Assembly (NCBI RefSeq): GCF_009914755.1
Contig: NC_060925.1
Length of the DNA: 64,000 bases
Reading direction: 5' to 3' (one strand)
DNA from: the human T2T-CHM13v2.0 reference genome, Homo sapiens
This document shows positions 32,126-45,070 of this stretch, one piece after another (the stretch's first letter is position 1; each line of letters opens with the position of its first letter). The notes under the pieces are model-generated. The model ran no database searches, was not told the DNA's origin, and saw only the letters and a program-made list of their open reading frames with translations. Position numbers and translations under genes: made by a program.

Positions 32126-32997
32126 GCCCTCCAGCTCTTTACTCTGGAGTTTTGCTTTTTTCCCTCCCTGCATTCATTTTGATTCTCAAATTAACCTGTT
32201 CCTTTTTGGTTAAAAATAAAACAAACAAAACAAAGTAGATGCTTTGTTTATTTTGATTAAATTTTAAATGATTGTTGAAGCCATCTAAACTAGCAGTTAT
32301 TCTAATATAGCGCATGAAGAATATTAAAAGTGTATTTAGTTATATGTATTTAAATATATTCAAAACATCATTATAAAGAGAGTATTGTTCTTTCTCTTTT
32401 CTGAACTCCAATGTAGTTTATCTTCCCTTCTTTGATGGTTTTCATGACTATGTTTTGTTCCCATTAGGTTCCGAACTCCTGGTGTCTACCCAGCATGAGT
32501 CCATGCCCACAGCATCTCCCTAGCACTTCTTAATTTCTCAGTGAATTTTTTTTGATGAATAAATAATGGTATTTCAGTCGCATTTTCAAAAGCACATACA
32601 AATTTGTAATTTCACTATTTTCTATTGTAGTCATATACGTTGACATTCTAAATGAACTTTGGTCCTTGAAGTCAATGAGAAAAGTCATTAACTTAAGGTT
32701 GTTCAGTACTATTTCCTCTGTCAGAACACACAGTAGCACTTGCCAAATAAATTAGTTGTAGTAGGAGAAATTTGGCTTGATTTTATCTTTTTGACTCTCC
32801 ATTCCAAACTATCAGTGCAGCTAAACACTTGGGTTTTGGAGCATTCTCACTGTCCTTTGCCTATTTTATAAGCTGCTGTTCATTGAAATCCCATCTGTGT
32901 TGAAGCTCTGTTCTGCCAAATTTCCTACAAAACTCATAGCACGCCACATGCCATTATTGCCCACTGAATTGTTGAGTAACATATCCTGACTTGAGGC

Positions 32998-33169
32998 CAG
33001 TGGTTTTCAAACCTTGGTGAGCATCAGAAACATCTGGGAGCTTGTTAAGAGTACAAATGCTGCATGCCTTCCCCTGAATATGATGAATCTGTAGCTTCAG
33101 GATGAGTCCTGGGTGTCTGTGGTTATAATACTTTCTGATGGGCCTGGAACCACATTTTGAGAAAAACTG
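32998..33169. mobile_element. MER5-like hAT-Charlie MITE
   Basis: cagtggttttcaaac ... accacattttgagaaaaactg TIRs. Confidence 0.8.
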
Positions 33170-33539
33170 CCACTGAGTGAAAAGTTTATTTTGAATGGAA
33201 TTCTGTGATGATTCCTCTAAAAGTTGTGAGACATTCTAAATGTGTTTAAAAACTGTGCTATAGGTATGTTTTTGAATTCTTCGACATTGCAGAATCAGCA
33301 ATAATTTATGTGGCATTGCAGATGTAATATTATGTAGTACTATCTTTGCTGCAGTTTTATTAGCTTAGTGTTTATTAATATGTCATTTAAAATATGATCT
33401 TTATCAAAACGTCCATTTATCAGGAATAAGAACAAATGGAATGAGAACAAACAAAACTCAATTTGCAATGTTTGTTTTCTGCTGTTAATTTCTATAGACA
33501 AAATACTTATTTCTACTTGATCCCACATTTTATGTGTCC

Positions 33540-33853
33540 TTTTTTTTAGACAAGAGTCTCACTCTGTTGCACAGGCTGGAGTGCAGTGGTGCGACATTGG
33601 CTCACTGCAACTCTGCCTCCCAGGCTCAAGCGATCCTCCCACCTCAGCCTTCTGGGTAGCTGGGACTAGAGGCCCACGCCACCACGTCTGGCTGGCTAGT
33701 TTTTGTAGGGTTTTTTTTTTTCTTTTTTTTTTTTGTAGCGCTGGGTTTTTGCTATGTTGTCCAGGCTGGTCTTGAACTCCTGGACTCAAGCAATTCACCA
33801 GCCTCAGCCTCCCATAGTGCTGGGATTACAGGTGTGGAACACTGTGCCCGGCC
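33540..33853 (-). mobile_element. Alu (AluJ-like)
   Basis: Dimeric antisense Alu ending actgtgcccggcc. Confidence 0.95.
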
Positions 33854-34353
33854 TTGTTTCCTTTTATTGGAGAAAAGTGTCAGTATATTTAGAGGATACA
33901 ATCTAATGTGCCTTTAGTAGTGGTATATGATGGTGCTAATATTGATCTTGAGGCCAAAGAGCGTACTGGGTTTTTTAATTATCAAAAAGAGTTTAAGAAT
34001 TAATTTCAGTATCACATATTTTCTTTAATGCTGATTCTCTGAAAATCAAAATTCATTGATAATACACAGAAACTAAGGGCAAACTTTTATCAGTTTCAGC
34101 TAGATGAATGAATGACATATTCCAGTGAAGTCATTATGATAATGTACATGGATTTCTGTGCAATATAAGGCCCTCCTCCTCCTTTTTTTTAAATTTGAAA
34201 ATGCTTCTTTTATTAAGATGGGCCTATCATTGTTTGGATAAGCGATACATTGAAAGGTTGGGAATTAGGAGAATTGCTGTGGAACTTGGTTTATGAATGT
34301 ACAGGTGATAAGAATTCCTTCATGCCTTAATCTGTATTTCTTACTTTTTTTAG

Positions 34354-34427
34354 GGACTTTCTCCCTCGAGGGTCGGGCATTGTAACAAGACGACCTCTTG
34401 TGCTGCAGCTTGTTACTTCTAAAGCAG
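34354..34427 (+). CDS. DNM3: Dynamin-3 internal coding exon (exon 2), GTPase domain G2/switch-I segment
   Basis: Acceptor ...ttctattttttttag-like tract (tttcttacttttttag, AG 34352-34353) with CTTAAT branch-like motif at ~34326; 74-nt exon G GAC TTT CTC CCT CGA GGG TCG GGC ATT GTA ACA AGA CGA CCT CTT GTG CTG CAG CTT GTT ACT TCT AAA GCA G = [24 protein letters not shown]; donor cag|gtaatg at 34428. The ending LVTSKA matches DNM3 rather than DNM1 (LVNATT) or DNM2 (LIFSKT). Confidence 0.97.
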
Positions 34428-34727
34428 GTAATGAATGAAGATGTTTACCGCATGGATGGGCACATCCTGTGGCCCCTTTTGCCTTCATAGGTGTGGGATT
34501 GTACAAATAGAAACGTTTTTGTGATCGCCCCACTGTGGGCAGCTGCCCACATTTCTCTCCAGAATGCTGCCTTCTTCATTGCTCTTTTCATTCCTTTGAT
34601 TACATTAAAGGGGATATTTTCATAGATTTTTTTAAAATACCTACTTAAAAAAATGTTTTATTGCTCATTGTAATCCATCTATATAATTTTACAGTACAGC
34701 ACAACCACTAATACTCCTTTGGTATGC

Positions 34728-34729
<2 letters not shown>

Positions 34730-34765
<36 letters not shown>
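34730..34765. repeat. (TG)n microsatellite about 300 bp downstream of the exon
   Basis: Uninterrupted TG run of about 18 units. Confidence 0.95.
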
Positions 34766-34768
<3 letters not shown>

Positions 34769-36977
34769 ATGTGTGCATGCACATGCACTTGGGGATTAAC
34801 TCATAAAATTCAACAACCATATAATATCTGTATGGATGTGTATGTGCGTATCTATATTTACACTGTGCTATGCTTCCTTCTCTCTCTTACATCATGATAA
34901 TTTGATAGGTAAATGATGCTTTGTTTTTATTTTCATTTTATTTCAGCAACTGATGATGTTGAATTTTTTTTTCATGTTTATTTGCCATTTGTATTTCTTC
35001 TCTCGTGAATTGGCCATTTTTCTTTTTCCCCATTTCTTTTTGGGGATTTTACTAGTTTTCCTATCAATTTCTTTGAATGCTTAAGACTGAAGCACCTCAT
35101 AAAAATCATCTATCATAAATTGCAAATATTTTTAATAGCTTGTTAAAGATACAGTTTACATACCATACAACTTGACCAATAGAAGTTAACAGTTGAATAG
35201 ATTTTAGTCTTTTCACAGATATGTGCAACCATCTCCACAATCAGCTTTAGAACTGTTTGATCACTCCCAAAAGAAAGCCTGTATGTTTCTGCTGTCACCT
35301 CTTTTCATAACACCTTTCCCCACCACTCCAGCCTAGGCACTACTAACCTATGTTCTGTCTCTATGGATTTCCCTATTCTGGACATGTCATATGAATAGAA
35401 TCATTTAATATGTGGTCTTTTGTAATAGGCTTTTCTTGCTTGGCATAATCTTTTCAAGGTTCATCCATGTCGTAGCATGTATTAGAACTTCATTTCTTTT
35501 TATGGCCTAATAATATTCCATTGTCTGGATAGATCACATTTTGTTTGTCCATTCATTAACTGAGGAGCATTTGAGTTGTTTCCACCCTTTGGTTATTATG
35601 AATGATGTTGCTATAAACATTCATGTACATGTTTCTGTGTGGACATGTGTTTTCATTTCTCTTAGAAATATACCTGAGTATAATTGCTGGGCCATGTAGT
35701 AACTCTCTGTTTAATTGTTTAAGGAACTGACAGACTGTTTTCAAAGCAGCTGCCCCATTTTACATTCCTACCGGCAGTGTATGAGGGTTACAGTTTTTCT
35801 ATATCCTTGCTAACCCTTGTGGGTAAGAAGTGATATCTCACTGTGGTTTTGACTTGCGTTTTCCTAATGACTAAGGATACTGAGCATCTTTTCATGTGCT
35901 TAATGATCATTTGTATATATTATTTAGATAAATGTGTATTCATTTCCTTTGCCTAGTTTTAAATTTGGTTATTTGCCTTTGTATTACTGAATTGTAACAG
36001 ATATATATTAAATACAAGTCCCATATCAGATATTTGATTTGCATTTTTTTTTTCTATTTTATAGGCCCTTTTCATTTTCTTGGCAGTGTCCTTTGAAGCA
36101 CAAGATTTTTTATTTTGGTGAAGTCCAATTTATCTACTTTTTTCTTTCATTTCTCGTTATTTTTGTATATATCTAAGAATCCTTTGCCAAAACCAAGGTT
36201 ATAAAACTTTATTCTATGTTTTCTTCTAGGAGATTTATAGCTTTGATCTTACACTTAGGTCTTTGATCCATTTTTTAAAATTACTAATTTTTAAATTTTA
36301 AATTTCATTTTAGATTTGGGGATAGGTACAGGTTTGTTATATTGCATAATGTGTAATGCTGAGGTTTGGGTTTCTAGTGAAACTATCACCCAAATAGTAA
36401 ACGCAGTCCCCAATAGGTAGAATTTCAACCTTCACCCCTCTTCCACTCTTCCCCCTTTTGGAGTTCTTTGCATCTGTTTTTCCCATCTTTATGTCCATGT
36501 TTACCCACTGTTTAGTTCACACTTGTAAGTGTGAATGTGTGGTATTTTATTTCCTATTTCTGTTATTTCTCTTAGAATAATGGCCTCCAGCTCAGTCCAT
36601 GTTGCTGTGAAGGACATGATTTCATTCTTTTTTATGGCTGCATAGTATTCTATGGTGTATGTGTCCCCTGTTTTCTTTATCCAGTCAACTGTTGGTGGGC
36701 TTAGGTTGATTCCATGATTTTGCTGTTGTGAATAGTGCTGCAGTAAACATACAAGTATAGGTATCTTTTTGAAATAATAATTTCTTTTCCTTTGGGTAGC
36801 TACCCAGTAGTGGGATTGCTGGGTCAAATGGTAGTTCTATTTTTAGTCCTTTGAGAATTCTCTATACTGTTTTCCATAGGGGTTAAACTAATTTACATTC
36901 CCACCAATAGTTTATAAGTGTTCCCTTTTCTCTGCAGCCCTGCCATCATGGGTTATTTTTGACTTTTTAACAATAGC

Positions 36978-37355
36978 TGTATCAGTCTATTTTCACACTG
37001 CTATGAAGAACTGCCCAAGACTGGGTATTTTATAAAAGAAAGAGGTTTCATTGACTCACAGTTCAGCATGGCTGGGGAGGTCTCAGGAAACTTACAATCA
37101 TGGTGGAAGGCAAAGGGGAAGCAAGGCACCTTCTTCACAAGGTGGCAGGAAGGAGAAGAGCCAAGCAAAGGGGAGGAGCCCCTTAAAACTATCAGATCTC
37201 ATGAGAACTCACTATCATGAGAACAGCATGGGGGAAACTGCCCCCCATTAATTACCTCCACCTGGTCTCTCCCTTGACATGTGGGGATTGTGAAGATTAT
37301 GGGGATTACAATTCAAGATGAGATTTGGGTGGGGACACAAAGCCTAAACATGTCA
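36978..37355 (-). mobile_element. THE1D-like MaLR solo LTR
   Basis: TG...CA termini; ttgactcacagttcagcatggctggggagg; 5-bp TSD atagc/atagc. Confidence 0.92.
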
Positions 37356-37511
37356 ATAGCCATTCTGACTGGTATGAGATGATATCTTATTGTAGTTTTG
37401 ATCCGTATTTCTCTGATGATTAATGATGTTGAGCATTGTTTTCTTATGTTTGTTGGCTGCTTTTATGTATTCTTTTGAGAATTGTCTGTTCCTGTCCTTT
37501 GCCCACTTTTT

Positions 37512-38139
<628 letters not shown>

Positions 38140-39849
38140 TTTGCCCACTTTTTAATGGGGTTATTTGTTTTTTTCTTGTTGATTTGTTTAAAGTTCTTAT
38201 AGATTCTGGATATTAGTCCTTTATTGGATGCATAGTTTGCAAAAATTTTCTCTCATCCTGTAGATCGTCTGTTTACTCTGTTGGTAGTTTCTTTTGCAGT
38301 GCATAATGTCTTTAGTTTAGTTAAGTCCTGTTTGTCTATTTCTGTTTTTGTTGCATTGCTTTTGGGGTCTTAGTGAGAAGTCCTTTTCCTAGGCTGATGT
38401 CTGGAGAAGTTTTTCCTAGGTTTTCTTCTAGAATTTTTATAGTTTGAGGACTTACATTTAAGTCTTTAATCCATCATGAGTTAATTTTTGTATATGGTGA
38501 GAGATAGGGGTCCAGTTATATTCTTCTGCATATGGTTAGGCAGTTTTCCCAACACCATTTATTGAGTAGGATGTTCTTTCCTCATTGTTTTTGTTGACTT
38601 TGTGGAAGACGTGTTGGTTGAAAATATGTGGCTTTACTTCTGAGTTCTCTGTTCTTTTACATTGATCTATGTGTCTATTTTCATACAAGTACCATGCTGT
38701 TTTGGTTACTATAGCCTTGTATAGTTTAGTATAGAGTAGTTTGAAGTTGGGTAATGTGATGCCTCTGGCTTTGTTCTTTTTGCTTAGGATTGCTTTGGCT
38801 ATTTGGGCTCTCTTCTGGTTCCCTATTAATTTTAGTATTGTTTTTTCTAATTCTGTGAAAGATGATGTTGGTAATTTGATAGGAATTGCATAGAATCTGT
38901 AGATTGCTTTGGGCAGTATAGTCATTTTAACCATATTGATTCTTCCAATCCATGAGCATGGGATGTTTTTCCATTTGTTTGTGCTTTGATCCATTTTGAG
39001 TTAATAATTTTATGCACTAAGTGTCAAACTTTATTTTCTGCATGTGGATATCCACTAGTCCCAGCACAATTTGTTGAAAAGACTATTCTTTCCTCACTGT
39101 AGGATCTTGGCCCCTTTGTCAAAAATCTGTTGACCAGAGAAATACAGGTTTATTTTGGGACTCTCAGTTCTTTTCGACTGATATTTATGTCTATCCTTGG
39201 GCCAATAGCATACTCTCTTAATTACCCTTGCTTTGTGGTAAGTTTCAAATTGAGAATTGCAAGTCCTTCTACTTTATTTTTTTTCAGGATTGTTTTGGCT
39301 ATCCTGGGTCTCTTGAAGTTCAATATGAATTTCAGAATGAGCTTGTTTTATCCCGGGAATGTAAGATTGGTTTAACATCTGAAAATCATATCAGTGGAAT
39401 GAAAAAAAATCACAGAATTACCTCAATAGATTCAGAAAAAGTATTTGACAAAATCTAACATGCATTCATGATAAAACTCTTAGTAAATAAAGGGGAAGGA
39501 ACTTCCTCAACCTGGTAAAGGGCTTATATGAAAACCACATAGCTACCATCATACTTAATGGTGACAGACTGGATGCTTTCTGTCTAAAATCAGTAATAAT
39601 ACAAGGATGTCTGCTCTTGTCACTCTTATTCAACATTGTACGGTAGGTTCTAACCAGGACAGCTGGGGAAAGAAAGAAATAAAAGGCATCTACCCTGGAA
39701 AGGAAGATGTAAAATTATCTCTATTTGAAGATGATGTGATCACATGTATAGAAAAACTTAAAGAGTCCACTAAAAAACTGTTAGAACTACTAAACTATGT
39801 TAGCAAGATTTCAGGATACACTATCAATACACAACAATCAGTTGTATTT

Positions 39850-42800
39850 TTTAAACTTTTATTTTAGGTTTGGGGGTGCATGTGAAGGTTTGTCGCATAA
39901 ATAAACCCATGTCATGGGGGTTTGTGGTACAGATTATTTCATCATCCAGGTTTTAAGTCCAGTAAGCCCAGTGCTCAAGTTATCTTTTCTGCTCCTCTCC
40001 CTCTTCCCACTCTCCACCCTCAAGTAGACCCCAGTGTCTACTTTTTCCTTCTTTGTGTTCAAAAATTATCATCATTTAGCTCCCACTTATAAGTGAGAAA
40101 ATGCAATATTTGGTTTTCTGTTCCTGCGTTAGTTTGCCAAGGGCAATATAGCCTCCATAAAGACACACATATGTGAATGTTCATTGTAGCACTATTCACA
40201 ATAGCAGACATGAAATCTACCTAAATGCCCACGAATGACAGATTAGATTTAAAAAAATATAGTACATATACACCATGGAATACTATATGGCCTTAAAAAA
40301 GAACAAGATAATGTCTTTTGCAGGAATATGGAGGGAGCTGGCTATATTGTCCGTTATTGTAATTCTTAGTTTCCTTGGATTGGGTTTTGCCATCCTCCTG
40401 AATCTCAATGATCTTTGTTCGTGTCCATATTCTGAATTCTATTTCTGTCATTTCAACCAGCCTAGCCTGGTTAAGAACTCATGTTGGAGAACTGGTGTGA
40501 TTGTTTAGAGGACATATAATACTCTGGCCATTTGAGTTACTGGAGTTCTTGCTTTGGTTCTTTCTCATCTCTGCATGTGGGTGTTCCTTTAACTACAGTG
40601 TAGATTGAATACAGTTGATAGACTTCTTTTCTGGATGTTTTCAGCAAGCCAAGGCTTTGTGCAGGGTCGTTCTTTGAAGCTGACTTCTTATCTCTGGCTT
40701 CAGGGTGGGGTATGTTAGTGAGGTATTTTTGGTGTTGAAGCTTTGGGGTGTGATCCAGTAGGTGGCACTTAGGCTAATTAATCAATTGGTAGACTTTTCC
40801 TCAGTTATGTGGCTCCCCTATTTTTCCTCACAGTTGCAGCTCTGTTCCCTCTCAACACTCTGAAAGGGTGGGTTCTTCTCCCTCTTGAGTGCTGGCTATA
40901 GACTGTGGCTTGGCATTCCTGGGCTTCTCACTGCCACTCTGGTGTGATCTCAGTACTTGTGTTCCCTCCTCCACTTGGAGGCAGTGGAGGAAGGGACCTT
41001 AGTAGTGATTGTGGCCAAGGGTCTTTTGCTTGGTTCCTGGGGGCTCCACCCCAGAGAGATGCAGGTCAGCAATCGCTTAGTGCAATCAGCCCAGGGTGGA
41101 GGGTCTGTGCTATGGGACCAAGCCAGGGGTTCCCTGTCTGGTGATGAGCAGTGGAGGGTGTGTGGGACCCATGTGAGACAGTCTGGCCTTCCTCCTTAGG
41201 TCAATTGCAGCTTGCTGGAGGTGTGAATAAGGCACTTAGGATCTTTGCTTCTTCATTAGTCTGAGGGTAGCAAGGGTAGTTCCACTGCAGAGGCAGTGGC
41301 AGAGAGGCTTTTAGTTGCTCCCGGAGGCTTTGTCCAGGGAATTGCCAAGCTGCTACTGGCTTGATTGCTCTGGCGCAGGGTGGCTGGAGGACCTTCCCGG
41401 TGAGGAGATATGGGAATGGGCACCCATCTAACAGTCTGGCTGCTTTTTCATAGAGCTCTTGTGGTATGCTTGGTGCCTGCTCTGGTCCCTAGTCACTTTG
41501 AATTTTCTAGTACCTGGAGGTATCACCAGTGAAGGCTGCAAAACAGCCATGATGGCGGCCTGCCCCTCCCTCTGGGAGCTCCGTCCCAGGGAGTTACAGA
41601 CCTGTTGCCAGCCCAAACACTGTAGGAGGTGGCTGGAGACCCTGGTTGGGACGTCCCTTCCAGGAAGGAAGAATGGGATTGGAGACCTGCTTAGAAAAGC
41701 GGTCTGGCTATGTTTTCATAGAGCAGCTGTGCTCTGTTGGGGCATCTGCTTTAGCCCCTGGTTGCCTCAGACACTCCAAAGCCTGAAGGCTAGAATGGTT
41801 ATGTTGCCCAAACAGCAAAGATGGCAGCCTGACTTTCCCTCTGGGAGCTCTGTCCCAGGGTGGTTTGAAACCTGTGTCAGCCAGAGAACACCAGTGGGGA
41901 TAGCTAGAGACCCTGGTTAGGAAGTTGCACCTGGTGGTGAGGAACAGGATTGCGGACACATTTTAAAAAGCGGTCTGGCCATGTTTTTGTAGGACAGCTG
42001 TGCTGTGCTGGGGGTCCCTTCAGTCCCTGGTTGTCTTGGACTTTCCAAAGTTTGAAGGCTGGAACAGCAAAGTCACCCAAACAGAGCATTGGTGAGGATG
42101 GCTGGAGACCCTGGTTGGGAGGTCCTGCCCAGTAAGGAGGAAGGGGACTGGGGACCTGCTTAAAAAAGCAGTCTGGCCACATTTTTGGAGAGTAGCTATG
42201 CTGTGCTGGGGGACCGCTTCCACCCCTAGTCAGCTTGGATTCTCCAAAGCCCAAAGGCTGGATGGCTAAGTTGCCCAAACAGCAAAGATGGCAGCCTGGC
42301 CCTCCCTCTAGGAGCTCCATCCCAGGGAAGTTTCAAGTCTCTGTTGGCCAGAAAACACCAGCTGAGGTGGCAGAAGACCCCAGTTGGGAGGTCCCGCCTA
42401 GTGAGGAGGAGAAACAGCATTGGGGATCCTCTTAAAAGAGTGGTCTGGCCACATTTTCGTAGAGCAGCTGTGATGTGCTGAAGGACGGCTTTTCCCCCCA
42501 GTTGGCTTGGACTCTCCAAAGCTGAAGTCTGGAATGGCTAAGTCATCCAAATAGCAAAGATGGTGGCCCACCCCTCCCTCTGGGAGCTCTGTCCCAGTGA
42601 GGTTTCAAATCTCTGTGGGCTGGAGAATACAGGTGTGGGTGTCTGCAGGCTCTGGTTGAAAGGTTCCACCTGGTAAATAGGAACAGGATCAGGGACCAGG
42701 TTGCTTAGAAAAGCAACCTGGCCACGTTTTTGTAGAATAGCCATGCTGTGCTGGGAGATCCCTTCTGCCCCTGGTCAGTTTGAACTCTCCAAAGTCTGAA

Positions 42801-43473
42801 GGCTGGAATGGCGAAGTCACCCCAACAGCAAAGATGGTGGCCTGCCCCTCCCCGCAGAGCTCTATCCAGGGAGGTGCAATGCTGCTACCAGTGGCTGGCT
42901 GGATTTCCAAGCCAGTGGGTCATATCCTGTGAGGTGCCGTGGAATTGGGGCCTGCAGACAGTCACTTCTCAGCCCCCTGGATTCAGCCTCTTTCCTAGGG
43001 TTATGTATGGGGGTCTATCCTCCTGCTTTGCCATAGTTGCAGCTGCTTTTGTTGGAAAGCCTGGGTATCTAAGGCTCCTGGTCTCTGCATGTGCCTGAGT
43101 GGCTGCTCTGCTGAGATTCCACAAAGCTCTGTGTGTCAGACTGAATGCCGTGGTGGAGTGGGTTCATGAGGGAATCTCCTGAACTGAGGGTTGCAAAGAT
43201 CCGTGGGAGAAGCATGGATCCCTGGGGTCCCTCATTTACTCACCGCTTCCCTGGGTGGGGGATGTTCCTCTGGCTCTGTGTTGATCCCAGGTGGGCCATT
43301 GTCCTGTCTTAGTTTTCTCCGTTCTCCACGGGTCAAGTTGTTTCCTTGATTAGTCCCAGTGCAAGTACTTGGATGTTTCAGTTGAGCGTGCTGTATTTAC
43401 TTGCCCCTTCTGTGCCTCTCCATGAGAGCCACACATGCTAGCTGATTCTAGTCGGCCATCTTGGCCACCTCTC
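39850..43473 (-). mobile_element. Rearranged L1PA12/13-like element: full 5' UTR + start of ORF1 + inverted piece + 3' UTR
   Basis: 5' end ggccaagatggccgactag (minus); ORF1 ATG at 40568 (MRKNQSKNSSNSNGQS...MTEIEFRIW); + strand piece 40156-40343; 3' UTR 39850-40158; TSD atcagttgtattt / atcaattgtattt. Confidence 0.85.
41380..42900. repeat. About six diverged ~270-bp tandem monomers in the L1 5' UTR
   Basis: Motif gaaggctgg...ccaaacagcaaagatggcagcc recurs near 41531, 41785, 42054, 42255, 42524, 42798. Confidence 0.85.
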
Positions 43474-43570
43474 ATCAATTGTATTTCTATACATTTGTGA
43501 TGAACAATCCAAAAACGAAGTTAAGAAAATAATTCAGTTTATAATAGCATCAAAAAGAGTATATCGCTTA

Positions 43571-43673
43571 GGGGGAGGTGTGGTGGCTCACACCTGTTGT
43601 CCTGGCGCATAAGAAGGTAAGGCCAGGCATTAGAGACCAGCCTGGGCAACATAGGAAGCCCTCATCTGTATAA
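43571..43673 (+). mobile_element. Alu monomer (FLAM-like)
   Basis: gtggtggctcacacctgt...gagaccagcctgggcaacatag; TSD caaaaagagtatatcgctta / caaaaagagtataccactta. Confidence 0.85.
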
Positions 43674-44586
43674 CAAAAAGAGTATACCACTTAGGAATCA
43701 ATTTAACAAAAGAAATGAAAAACTTATGCTATGAAAACTATAAATTATTGTTGAAAGAAATTAGAGAAGATCTAAATATTTGGAAAAATATTCCATGCTC
43801 AATGACTGGAAGACGTAACAGTGTTAAGATGGCAATGCCTTAAAAACTGATCTACAAATTCAATGCAATCCCTGTCATAATCCCAGCTGATATCTGGAGA
43901 AATCATAGATATTTTAACCATTTTTATAATGTTATAAAATCTGTATTAAGTTTGATTCAAAGGACAGGCTCAAGTCCTGTCATTTGAAAAAAGTAAATTA
44001 TTTGTAACACTGTTTGTGGCCCTGAGGATATAAAAGTGATTAGGACAAAGTTTCTGTACTTCTGGTTATTTATATTCTGGATTTATTATTTTAAATATAT
44101 AGAAGTTTTACTCTATGGTTATGAAATCTGTACATTTAGATTTTTAAAAAGTAAATATTTAGCACAGTGCTCTTCACTTTCATAGGTAAAAAATTTTAAA
44201 CATTTCTTTACTTTATCTGAAATTTGTTTTCATGTATGCAGAAACAATTTTTTCCCCAATTCCCTTTATCTTATATTACAGTGTGGTAACTACTACCATC
44301 TATTTCTGAATATCTTTCTGTTTTATTGTACCAATTCCACAGTGTTTTACTTTTGTGGGTTTATAATTTGCTTTAAATATCTCACCTGGCAGGGCTGTAG
44401 TCCTCTCCCATTACTTTTTTTAAATTTAGGGGTTCTATTATAATTGTGTGGAAAAGTCTAGAAAAATTTTGTAAAGATGAAACTATTGCCACTAGAATTA
44501 TTTTAAACCAGTAGATTTACTAGGGAATAACTGATACCTTAAAAATATTTATTATTTTTTTAATCCAAGGACCATAATGTATCTTT

Positions 44587-44762
44587 TCCTTCCCTCCCTC
44601 CCTCCCTTCCTTCCTTCCTCCCTCCCTTCCTCCCTCCCTCCCTCTCCCTCTCCCCATCCCCCACCCTCCCTCCATTCCTCCCTCCCTCCCTCCCTCCCTT
44701 CCTCCCTTCTTCCCTTCCTCCCTTCCTTCCTCTCTCTTTCTCTCTTTCTTTCCTTCTTTCCT
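44587..44762. repeat. Polypyrimidine/polypurine (CCCT/CCTT)n tract, expanded Alu tail
   Basis: About 175 bp almost only C/T on +. Confidence 0.95.
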
Positions 44763-44764
44763 CA

Positions 44765-45070
44765 TTTTTGAGATAGGGTCTCACTCTGTTACCCAGGCTG
44801 GAGTGCGGTGGCATGATCATTGCTCAGTGTAACCTCCAACTCCTCAGCTAAAGTGATCCTGCTGCCTCCACCTCCCAAATAGCTAGGACTACGGGCATGC
44901 ACCACCAGGCAAGGCTAATTTTTAATTTTTTTTTTGTAGAGATGGGGTCTTGCTATGTTGCTCAGGCTGGTCTTGAACTCCTAGGCTCAAGTGATCTTCC
45001 GAAAACAATTTACCTGCCTTGGCTTCTCAAAGTGCTGGGATTACAGGCATGAGCCACTGCACTCCCCACC
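44765..45070 (-). mobile_element. Alu (AluJ-like)
   Basis: Dimeric antisense Alu with a short internal insert (gaaaacaattt). Confidence 0.93.

Larger units (their letters stand above)
39346..43890 (+). mobile_element. L1MB-like ORF2 segment in inverted orientation (39346-39849 and 43474-43890)
   Basis: ORF2 RT remnants (SIDSEKVFDKI; LSLFEDDVI) continuing after the nested L1 to ctgatctacaaattcaatgcaatccc. Confidence 0.85.

Noticed and set aside
41459-43098. Cluster of overlapping ORFs with repeated motifs
   Set aside because: GC-rich tandem monomers of an L1 5' UTR.
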